From Candidatus Poribacteria bacterium (GTDB taxonomy: Bacteria > Poribacteria > WGA-4E > WGA-3G): DNA of 64,000 nucleotides. The position numbers and the translations under genes were made by a program. This document shows, piece after piece, positions 29,379 to 37,689 of this stretch. The DNA lies in assembly GCA_965215265.1 (NCBI GenBank), contig OZ244048.1, positions 768,001-832,000 on the forward strand, given 5' to 3'. The notes beneath the pieces are model-generated. The model was not told the origin of the DNA. It did no database searches and worked only from the letters and a program-made list of their open reading frames with translations. How positions within the stretch are numbered: position 1 is the first letter of the stretch; each line of letters opens with the position of its first letter.

Positions 29379-29636
29379 TTAATAACAACAGTCCTGCCAC
29401 GCATGATTGTCATCACTGAACCAACAACACCCGGGAGGGTCCGTACACCAAGTGTTATCACACTCTACTTGCCGCACACATGCTTCGGCTTCGGGTGCGA
29501 GCATCAGTGAGCTAAGGATTGCGCCTGTTACGACAGCCCCAGCGACTAAGGCGTTCTTATGCGCAACATGCCCATCTTCTTTGACGAAGAAATCGCTGAG
29601 ACGCTGTTTCGTCAGTTGGGCTATGTGAGTTTGCAT
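29379..29636 (-). CDS. Small Cys-rich exported peptide / RiPP-precursor-like
   Basis: AAGGAG RBS; leader ending in APEAEA; 33-aa core with 7 Cys and 3 Trp; downstream hairpin. Confidence 0.75.
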   Translation of the reverse strand: MQTHIAQLTKQRLSDFFVKEDGHVAHKNALVAGAVVTGAILSSLMLAPEAEACVRQVECDNTWCTDPPGCCWFSDDNHAWQDCCY

Positions 29637-30046
29637 GAGATTTTGTCTCCTTCACTTTGTAGTAGAACCGGTAATGTTTTAACCAGAGATGCACAAAACA
29701 TCTCAAATGTAGCAAACAACACCGCTTCTTAAAATTAAAAGTAGAGGGTTTTCGGTAAAATAATGATGAGATAGAGTGCCCTCATAACACTCTTTTCCCA
29801 GACTCGTCCGACATTACCCCGACAGTCCCACAGGCTGGTAAACCGTTGGTGCCGTGGGTAGCTTTCGACGAGGCGACAATTCTGTTTGTGTTGCTGTGAG
29901 GTGTGCGTCATCAATAACTTGTCCGCTTTCAGCAACTGTATCGTTTCGATACGAGATTTGAACCGACGCTTGAAATCGTTAACGTGCCTGACGTATGGTT
30001 CTTGATGTCGTATAGAAGCCATCTAAGAGAACACTTCTTAGAGGTA

Positions 30047-30889
30047 TCATTGTGTTTTGACTGTGAGCGGGATGCCGATCTTTGCGCCATTTTTACCCGC
30101 CAGATGGTGAGCATTCCCCGATGCATCCGAGAATATCCGCGTTCCGCCCGGCTCATCAAAATGCCACAACGCCACTGTCTTTGCGTCATTCTTGAACTTG
30201 CTGTGCGGCGTGAAACCAGTTTTATCGACATCGTAACGAGGAATCGTTGAGATGCGAACCTCATCAATATATCCCGCAAAAGCACCCCAGAAGTGGTTGT
30301 GATGCTTGGAACCAATTTTCTCTCCAAAGCCCCCAAGCACAAAATCCTTTGGACGCTCTAGACTTGACAGATCGTGTGCAATCGTTGTAGTTCGGCGTGA
30401 ACTGGCTGTCCAATTGTTAACGATTGTTGTTATTTGATGCCCATTCGCTTGGATAGCGATGTGATACCATTGTTTCAGCGGAAATGCTCTCGGGTGGTAG
30501 CCTGTCTCAGAGACCTCTCCACTGTGCGTAACATGCGCTTGAATTCTTAGGAATAAATCTCCTTTCTGCCACTCGATATCCTTTCTTATGCCCTCCCATC
30601 CAACGTGAACGTCGTTGACAACATCCATCCGCACCTGTTGGCTGAGTATCATTGCATGTATCTCATCGGCAGGCGGTGTGGTGGGATATATCCACGCTTC
30701 AACAGTAAATTCGTCCGTGCCTTCGGGTAAAAGTGTCCCGAAGGTTTCAAAATCTAGAACGGCGTAGTCATCAACTCCGTCAAGGGCTAAATAGTTTCCA
30801 CCAGCCGGTGAAGGGGGTGGGAGTGCTTTAGTACTCAGCGGCATGAAAACAAGCAAAAAGAGATAGGTAAGGATGTGTCGGTGTCTCAT
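30047..30889 (-). CDS. Exported LamG domain protein, paralog of 27686-28579, lacking the C-terminal W motif
   Basis: Near-identical N- and C-terminal segments to the 27686 paralog; ends GIPLTVKTQ. Confidence 0.85.
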   Translation of the reverse strand: MRHRHILTYLFLLVFMPLSTKALPPPSPAGGNYLALDGVDDYAVLDFETFGTLLPEGTDEFTVEAWIYPTTPPADEIHAMILSQQVRMDVVNDVHVGWEGIRKDIEWQKGDLFLRIQAHVTHSGEVSETGYHPRAFPLKQWYHIAIQANGHQITTIVNNWTASSRRTTTIAHDLSSLERPKDFVLGGFGEKIGSKHHNHFWGAFAGYIDEVRISTIPRYDVDKTGFTPHSKFKNDAKTVALWHFDEPGGTRIFSDASGNAHHLAGKNGAKIGIPLTVKTQ

Positions 30890-31105
30890 TGAAAAGTCCT
30901 TTCTGATAGGGGATTGACATGAGAACGCAAAGAGAGTGTGTTTTGCATCTGTGGCAATCCTCTGTATTGTATTAAGGTGCTAACCGAAACATCCCACAAA
31001 ACAACTCCATTCTATGATATACTTTCGGTTAGTGCCGTCATTTCACTCTCAACTCGCAGTAGACATGGCTCATATCATCACGATCACGTCTGCTGCATCA
31101 TAGTA

Positions 31106-31174
31106 AACGAAAGTTAACATACATTCCCTCTTTTGAGTCCAAAAAAGGGATAAACCTGAAGCAGCCTGAATCGC
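31106..31174. repeat. 69-bp direct repeat, copy 2, immediately downstream of the ECF sigma gene
   Basis: Matches 27016-27084. Confidence 0.9.
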
Positions 31175-31177
31175 ACG

Positions 31178-31762
31178 TTAGGACTTCTCGTTTTTCGGCG
31201 GAAACGGCACACCGAAATGCTTGAAGACGATCTGCCTAATCTTCCGCCACCTAGACTTCGCCGTGTTCTCAGGGATATTCAAACGAACCCCTATCTCAGG
31301 AAAAGTCAAACCCTGTTCACGTAATCTCGCTACTTCTACATACTTGGAACCCAGCTTCCTGATAACCGTCATCGCCTTTTCTTCATCAGACACGTCTCGA
31401 GGCAGATGCCGGCGTGACTCTCGCTCCTCTGCGTCCCACCGGATATCTATGGCGATAGCAAACGCATCCTGTTCTTTAGCAAGCTGCCGCCCGAAATCGA
31501 GACATTTGCTCCGCGTCACCTGCTTCACCCACTTGTCCACGGCGCGGATGCCGTGAGGATTCCTGCGAAACCTGACCACTATTGCCGCACGCGCATCTAA
31601 ATACACATCCTCTACCGCGTAAGCCGGCACCTCCCGGCGGACGATACTCATCATCAGCGGTTTATACTTGTCAAGGAGTGCCACGAGGGCGGCATCGTCC
31701 CCTTTTTGGATGCGTTCAAGTAAGTGAGTGTCTGAATTCGTTGTCAAAGTTTCAGGTTCCAT
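31178..31762 (-). CDS. ECF-type sigma-70 factor
   Basis: SDTHLLERIQKGDDAALVALLDKY (region 2), GLTFPEIGVRLNIPENTAKSR (region 4 HTH). Confidence 0.85.
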   Translation of the reverse strand: MEPETLTTNSDTHLLERIQKGDDAALVALLDKYKPLMMSIVRREVPAYAVEDVYLDARAAIVVRFRRNPHGIRAVDKWVKQVTRSKCLDFGRQLAKEQDAFAIAIDIRWDAEERESRRHLPRDVSDEEKAMTVIRKLGSKYVEVARLREQGLTFPEIGVRLNIPENTAKSRWRKIRQIVFKHFGVPFPPKNEKS

Positions 31763-31936
31763 GTGCTATTCTTAAGGTGTCGGAAAAAGTGAAATATGTC
31801 CCGCCACCTTACAAGTGATTAAATTTGTCGCGGGAAGTCACCGTTTTTTTTATATTTCGTTCATTTTTTTCCGCCATCTATAAGAACAAGACGTAAAAAA
31901 AAAGCAAAACGGTCACACGATGTAAAAATTCATAAA

Positions 31937-31968
31937 TTTGTAACAAATTTGTAACAAGTTTGTCACAA
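31937..31968. promoter_or_regulatory. Three 11-bp-period direct repeats TTTGT(A/C)ACAA, putative regulator binding site
   Basis: TTTGTAACAA-A-TTTGTAACAA-G-TTTGTCACAA in the divergent intergenic region. Confidence 0.55.
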
Positions 31969-32282
31969 TTTCAGGTAAAAAATGCGAATTAGGGGCGTGC
32001 AGATGGAAAAAAAACGCGTTTTCTTAGAAAAATTGATGTCTTCGTTCTTACAATTTTTCCCACATTTGCAGGTTCGCGTGCAAAACGCGTGCGTTTTTTT
32101 CACACATGTGCCTAAGTTTAAAAAAACTTTTTTCAGAATAAACAAAACTGCAAAAGAATGCCGAACCGCTTCGGATAAAAAAAATAAATACTTGACTTTT
32201 TTTTAAAATTCTGATATATTTAAAATATATTGGATATTTTGGAACTTCCTGTTTTTTTGAATAATATGATGAGAGAGTTTTT

Positions 32283-33032
32283 ATGAAACACATTACTATT
32301 TTTATAACTCTGTTTTTTATGCTCATAGTCCTGGCGGTGCCTTGCCCCGCAAAAGAACTCGTTCTACATCTCACTTTAGATGAATTGGACGGTAAGGTTG
32401 CTAAAGACTTGTCGCAATTCGGTAATCATGCAACATTTGATGGCAATCCAGAGTTAATTGAGGGCGTTTTCGGACAAGCCATTGCGTTTGATGGAAAAAC
32501 GTCCGCACAAATTCCAGATCATGCCAGTCTTGATATTGTTGATGGACTCACGATTGAATTCTGGGCATTCATTGAAGGCGGAGAAGCCATCCAGAGCGGT
32601 GTCGAAAAAGGGACTGCGTGGGTTTCAGGCTTGTATAACCTCGCTGCACTCTACAACGGCGGCACTATTCTACAATTCTTTGACTTGCCTGATGGATGCA
32701 ACGATGAAAATATCGGCCCCAATATTCAAGATGGAGAATGGCATTTTCTCGCAGGTACCTGGGATGGACAAAGCATCAAGCTCTACATTGACGGTGAACT
32801 GGAAGCAGAAATGAACTGTAAAGGCGAGCTGAACCCTAACGATGACCCGCTTTTTATTGGGGCACGCGGTGGAAACCAAAGGTTTCTCACTGGTGGACTT
32901 GACGAAATCAAAATGTACGACTACGCTTTGAGCAACGAAGAACTTCTCAAAGACATGGTTGAGCCAGTGACATTAAGCGTTGAGCCCGATGACAAATTGA
33001 CAACGGTTTGGAGCAGTCTAAAAACGCAATAA
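32283..33032 (+). CDS. Exported LamG domain protein
   Basis: Signal peptide, LTIEFW, EWHFLAGTWDG, GGLDEIKMY; tail SVEPDDKLTTVWSSLKTQ. Confidence 0.88.
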   Translation: MKHITIFITLFFMLIVLAVPCPAKELVLHLTLDELDGKVAKDLSQFGNHATFDGNPELIEGVFGQAIAFDGKTSAQIPDHASLDIVDGLTIEFWAFIEGGEAIQSGVEKGTAWVSGLYNLAALYNGGTILQFFDLPDGCNDENIGPNIQDGEWHFLAGTWDGQSIKLYIDGELEAEMNCKGELNPNDDPLFIGARGGNQRFLTGGLDEIKMYDYALSNEELLKDMVEPVTLSVEPDDKLTTVWSSLKTQ

Positions 33033-33047
33033 CTCGCTTAATACTTT

Positions 33048-33083
33048 GACGTGCTTCCATTTTGTTGAGCAAGGAAGCACGTC
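33048..33083 (+). terminator. Stem-loop after the LamG gene
   Basis: GACGTGCTTCC...GGAAGCACGTC, 11-bp stem. Confidence 0.5.
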
Positions 33084-33102
33084 GCTACCGAAAGGAGGGT
33101 GA

Positions 33103-33765
33103 ATGAAAACAAAGACTCATTTATTTTTAACGTTTCTTCTTCTCTGGCAAGTTCAAACCCTAATCGGCTGTGCGCTGCCCTTTGGTCAAAACCGATCATC
33201 AGAAGAGCAGGTAGCGGTAGTCACAACTGACAAAGGGCAATTCGTAATTGAGTTTTATCCTGATGCTGCCCCAGTGGCAGTTGACAATTTCAAAAAACTG
33301 ATTAAGGCGAAATTTTACGATGGACTTACATTTCATCGTAAAGTTAATGGACCTGGGCTGAATATCATTCAGGGCGGGTGTCCCAAGGGAGACGGAACGG
33401 GTGGGCCCGGCTGGACTATTATTGATGAATACACCCATCCGAACCAGCGTTTACATATAAGAGGTACGGTGGCGATGGCGCGGACGAACGCGCCTAATTC
33501 ATCCGGAAGTCAATTTTACATCTGCCTAAAACCACAACCGCATCTCGACGGAGCATACACTACCTTCGGAAAAGTTATCCAAGGAATGGATGTCGTTGAC
33601 CAGTTATCAATAGGTGATGTAATGACAAAAATCCGATTGGAGGCGAAGTCAAAATATGTTAGTGCGACGACACAAGAACAACCCACACAACCTCATACTG
33701 GCCATGCTATTAATTATCGCAGTTCTGTTTACGACTCTCCTCATGAGTTGTACACAACAGGATGA
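33103..33765 (+). CDS. Cyclophilin-type peptidyl-prolyl isomerase (probable lipoprotein)
   Basis: FYDGLTFHR, IQGGCP, GTVAMAR, GSQFYI, HLDGAYTTFG. Confidence 0.93.
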   Translation: MKTKTHLFLTFLLLWQVQTLIGCALPFGQNRSSEEQVAVVTTDKGQFVIEFYPDAAPVAVDNFKKLIKAKFYDGLTFHRKVNGPGLNIIQGGCPKGDGTGGPGWTIIDEYTHPNQRLHIRGTVAMARTNAPNSSGSQFYICLKPQPHLDGAYTTFGKVIQGMDVVDQLSIGDVMTKIRLEAKSKYVSATTQEQPTQPHTGHAINYRSSVYDSPHELYTTG

Positions 33766-34261
33766 ACAGAAGGCACCCGTGCCGCGTCAACGCCGTTCCG
33801 GCACTAGCGACGTGCAGACCACTGCGAAGCCAAAGACGGATCCGGCCAGTGTGATAGCTGTCATTGAGACAGCAAAGGGCAACATTGAATTTGAATTTCT
33901 CGCAACTGAAGCCCCGGAAACTTCACATAACTTCATCAAAAACGCGAAAGTTAATTATTATAAAGGCGAAAAATTCCATCGCGTCGAACCACTCCTCATC
34001 CAAGCCGGATCCCGGTTCGTGGTCGACCAGACTATCCCCATTGAAAACGCATCGCAAAAGATGTCAAGAGGGGTTGTCGCGATGGCAAAAGAAGAAGGCG
34101 CAAGCGTCGCTGATGCTTCCCAATTCTTTATCTGTCGAGATACCACCCTCGTTGATAGCGATTATACCATCTTTGGAAACGTTATCAGCGGAATGGAAGT
34201 AGTTGACAAAATCGCTATAGACGATGCTATTATTAATATCAGCATCCGAGACAAGGAGTAG
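33656..34261 (+). CDS. Second, divergent cyclophilin-like lipoprotein (start uncertain)
   Basis: Lipobox-like LMSC; KFHRV, GVVAMAK, SQFFIC, YTIFGNVISGM. Confidence 0.8.
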   Translation: MLVRRHKNNPHNLILAMLLIIAVLFTTLLMSCTQQDEQKAPVPRQRRSGTSDVQTTAKPKTDPASVIAVIETAKGNIEFEFLATEAPETSHNFIKNAKVNYYKGEKFHRVEPLLIQAGSRFVVDQTIPIENASQKMSRGVVAMAKEEGASVADASQFFICRDTTLVDSDYTIFGNVISGMEVVDKIAIDDAIINISIRDKE

Positions 34262-34372
34262 AATCTTGTAGGGCTTTTAAAGTAACCTACTTTATGAAAG
34301 CAGAATCAAGATTGGTGCGTGTCACGCGAAAGTTCCATGCGCTGACACGCCCTAATCATAACGGAGAAAGAT

Positions 34373-34744
34373 ATGGCATTAACAGTTATTCGTACAGCAC
34401 GACCCAGTCCGGTTTGGCAGGAAAGTTACGTTCGCGTGAAAAAAGGACAGCGCCTCGTTATTGACGCAGAAGGTGCCTGGTCGCCAGACTTGCAAAATAG
34501 AACGGGTTGGTGCGGCGGCGACGGCATCGCAAATACTCCAGGAGACTCCTCTTACCTATTACCCGGCACAAACATCGGCGCACTCATCGTTAAAATTGCA
34601 TCCACAGTATTTGCTGCCGGATCTCGTTACGACAATCCCGCACCAGCTGATGGCGTTATTTTTCTCGCAATGAATGAAAACCCAAACAATAACAATCAAG
34701 CCGGTAGCTTGCTCGCACAAATCATTATTTTTGACGAAGCATAG
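34373..34744 (+). CDS. LecA/PA-IL-like small lectin-fold protein
   Basis: WQESYVRVKKGQRLVIDAEGAWS...GALIVKI...GVIFLAMNE...GSL pattern. Confidence 0.6.
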   Translation: MALTVIRTARPSPVWQESYVRVKKGQRLVIDAEGAWSPDLQNRTGWCGGDGIANTPGDSSYLLPGTNIGALIVKIASTVFAAGSRYDNPAPADGVIFLAMNENPNNNNQAGSLLAQIIIFDEA

Positions 34745-34758
34745 AAAGGAAAATTGAT

Positions 34759-35127
34759 ATGGATGAGCCAATTGAACAAGAGGAACAAAAACTCCCGCCT
34801 ATGAACTTTATCTCTTTTCTGGCAGATCAAGTGACTATGGCGCAGCTGTACCTAGCAGGAATACGCAACCCGGAAACAGATCAAGTGGTTGTCAACCTGC
34901 CCTTAGTGAAACGAATTATTGACGGATTAGAGATACTACAAGAGAAAACGAAGGGAAACCTTACTGCACCCGAATCAAATTACTTGGCAAATTCACTCTA
35001 TGAACTCAGAATGAATTACATCCGGACCGCAAACCAAGCGAATAAGTCACAAAAGGAGGCCCAGCAAGAGGAGAATCTACAAGAAGATGAACCGCAAACG
35101 GACACTCTGCAAGACGAAACGTCTTGA
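34759..35127 (+). CDS. DUF1844 family protein
   Basis: IDGLEILQEKTKGNLT...LYELRMNY. Confidence 0.8.
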   Translation: MDEPIEQEEQKLPPMNFISFLADQVTMAQLYLAGIRNPETDQVVVNLPLVKRIIDGLEILQEKTKGNLTAPESNYLANSLYELRMNYIRTANQANKSQKEAQQEENLQEDEPQTDTLQDETS

Positions 35128-35196
35128 AGAATGCACTAGAAATTGGGTTAAGTACCGTTAGATTTCTAAAGAAAACGAAAAGGAGAAAATTCCGCT

Positions 35197-36237
35197 ATGG
35201 AGTTCTATCACGGTACAACCCTGAAAAGCGCGCGGCTCATCGTTCAAAACGGTTTTCGCCCACGAGGCGGGGCAGTTTGGTTCACAACGCAACTCGGATA
35301 TGCCAGAAATCGTGCTGAACAAAAGGCACGGAGGCGACATGGACGACCGCTTATCTTCAAATGCAACCTCCGACTTGCTGATCTTCAGGCACACACCGGA
35401 TTAGGAAAAATTCGGAGAAGAGGGAGTGTCATCGCCATTCATAATTCACTTGATGTTCAACCTCTGCAATCCACTTTTGAATTCGTCGCCTCTCCGGAAT
35501 TGCTGGCGCGTTGGATTAATAGCCAACTTGGATTGTTCCCTTACAACGGCGTGAGCCCATCAAACTGGGGTGTCGAACGACTATCCCATTGGATGAACAA
35601 TCGGATTGGATGCGGTACCGGAAATCGAATAGATCCGGATGAATTTCTACAAAAAGGCAGACAGTGGCTCCCGACGTTTTTCAACAAATTGGGGTTCGGA
35701 GCAGAAACCGTGCCACTCTATCCACTAAAGCACAACACTTTAAGGGTTAAAGTGGTTCTGCCGGCAAAAGCAAACCCCGTGCATGAGAAAACCGAGCATG
35801 CTGAAATTATAAAGATACTTGCCTCTGCAAATCCAAAGCGGCGGATCCGCGGGCTTAAACTTTTAGAGAAAACTGGGATTGAAGAATTATTTGAATGGTG
35901 TATCTTGCAGCTCAATGACGAATCGGTTGAAGTTGTCTGTACGGCACTGCGAATCATGAGCCGGTGCGATGATGGATACATTGCTCCTATTTTGCCCTAC
36001 GCGGCACATGAAAACAGACGTATTCGTGCAGGGGCAATCGCCGCACTGGCAAAACACACCGCTGAAGACACCGATTACTGGTTTGAACGTGGACTTAAAG
36101 ACTCTGCACCTTGTGTCCGGATGGAAGTTGCAAGACTCTTACCGGGGTTGGATAGGACAGCGCATCGAACCGTCTTTGACATTGCAAGGCACGATCCGCA
36201 TCCCGTGATAAAACGTATTGCCAAAAAACGGGCTTAG
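35197..36237 (+). CDS. Protein with N-terminal YHGT (ADP-ribosyltransferase-like) domain and C-terminal HEAT repeats
   Basis: FYHGTT...IVQNGF...AVWFTT; repeats such as RIRAGAIAALA and VRMEVARLL. Confidence 0.6.
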   Translation: MEFYHGTTLKSARLIVQNGFRPRGGAVWFTTQLGYARNRAEQKARRRHGRPLIFKCNLRLADLQAHTGLGKIRRRGSVIAIHNSLDVQPLQSTFEFVASPELLARWINSQLGLFPYNGVSPSNWGVERLSHWMNNRIGCGTGNRIDPDEFLQKGRQWLPTFFNKLGFGAETVPLYPLKHNTLRVKVVLPAKANPVHEKTEHAEIIKILASANPKRRIRGLKLLEKTGIEELFEWCILQLNDESVEVVCTALRIMSRCDDGYIAPILPYAAHENRRIRAGAIAALAKHTAEDTDYWFERGLKDSAPCVRMEVARLLPGLDRTAHRTVFDIARHDPHPVIKRIAKKRA

Positions 36238-36375
36238 CGTCCAAGGTGTTAAATTTATAGGGGAGACTCGTGTTAGAACATCCAGAGTATGATATACAAG
36301 CTCGTTCTATAGGCAGGCAGGCATCGAATCGTTAATCTAAAGGGAACCCCTCAATACAGCAAATTTCTGCCTGAT

Positions 36376-37407
36376 ATGAACTATCAACGCAAATTTATCA
36401 TTGCTTTTACCCTCTTAACTGCACTTATTTTCTGTGGAACTATCGGTTATGCACTGCTTGAAAGAAACAACACAGAAAGGTCTTGGACACTCCTCGATGC
36501 AATTTATATGACCGTTATTACCTTAACGACAGTTGGGTATAACGATATGGATATAAGCGATGCAGGACGCATTTTCACCGTCTTTCTCCTTATCGGTGGA
36601 TTCGGAGTATTCACCTATAGTGTGAGTGTTGCAACTGCTTTTTTTCTTGAGGGCCAACTCCAGGATTTTTTCCGACTCAGAAGAATGATTAGAACTGTTG
36701 AAAAATTATCAAACCACTATATTATTTGCGGCCTGGGAGATACAGGCATCCATGTGCTTGAAGAGATGATTAACGCGGAAGTGCCGTTTGTCGGCATTGA
36801 GATGGAAGAAGAACGGCTCCTCCAGCTTGCAGATAATCACGATTTTCCATACATCCACGGTGACGCAACCGATGATGAGGTACTGATACGGGCAAGCGTT
36901 GAACGGGCACGCGGGCTCGTCACATGTCTCAGTCGAGATCAGGATAACTTATTTGTAGTCATTTCTGCGAAAAACCTAAATCCATATCTCAGAGTTGCCT
37001 CTAAAGCCGTTGAGAATAATTCACCTAAAAAACTCATGCGGGCAGGTGCGGATGAAGTCGTCCAACCTGACCAGATTGGCGGCATACGGCTTGCAAGTGG
37101 AATACTTGAACCACATTTTGTGGATTTTTTGTCAAATATCATGCAAAATCAGCAGAAAAATCGTTTTCACGAGTCCATCATTCAGGAAAATTCTAAGCTG
37201 GTTGGACAGTCATTTGCAGTGGCACGTATTCGAGATCAGACCGGCCTCGTTGTTATCGCTATCCGTAGTAAAGCAGGAAAATTTATCTATAATCCATCTG
37301 GAGATAGGGAACTAGAAGTAGGGGATGCGCTTTTGGTTATTGCTAACAAGCCAGAGCTTGATAGGCTTCACCAGCTTACCGGAGATACCGATTATTCGCA
37401 GTTCTAA
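36376..37407 (+). CDS. Potassium channel protein with TrkA-N/TrkA-C (RCK) domains
   Basis: TLTTVGY pore, HYIICGLG, GDATDDEVL, TrkA-C segment. Confidence 0.92.
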   Translation: MNYQRKFIIAFTLLTALIFCGTIGYALLERNNTERSWTLLDAIYMTVITLTTVGYNDMDISDAGRIFTVFLLIGGFGVFTYSVSVATAFFLEGQLQDFFRLRRMIRTVEKLSNHYIICGLGDTGIHVLEEMINAEVPFVGIEMEEERLLQLADNHDFPYIHGDATDDEVLIRASVERARGLVTCLSRDQDNLFVVISAKNLNPYLRVASKAVENNSPKKLMRAGADEVVQPDQIGGIRLASGILEPHFVDFLSNIMQNQQKNRFHESIIQENSKLVGQSFAVARIRDQTGLVVIAIRSKAGKFIYNPSGDRELEVGDALLVIANKPELDRLHQLTGDTDYSQF

Positions 37408-37689
37408 CACAAAACTAGAAATAAAACCAGCATCAAGAAAGAGAATGTCACACCGGCGATTTAGAGAACGTTACATAACATGGAACTAAACCACCCTGAA
37501 GTATGGAAATTGCAAGATGTTTTCAACTAGGGTATAATAGAAAAATGTTTTTCTTTTTCGGATTCGCTTGAAGACTCATAGATGTATGGAATCGGAACCT
37601 CTGTGAACCTTCAAATTTAGGGAAAAAAGAAAGTATCCGCGTAAGAGCAGCACACTCGCAGCTCGCCCACAGCACAATAGGAATACTAT

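Noticed and set aside
29700-29800. Sigma-54 promoter for the Cys-rich peptide gene
   Set aside because: A GGGAAAAG motif and TTGCTAC resemble the ftsZ upstream region, but the required GG-N10-GC spacing is not met.
27686-30889. Diversity-generating retroelement template/variable repeat pair
   Set aside because: Differences are not adenine-specific and no reverse transcriptase is present; ordinary paralogy fits.
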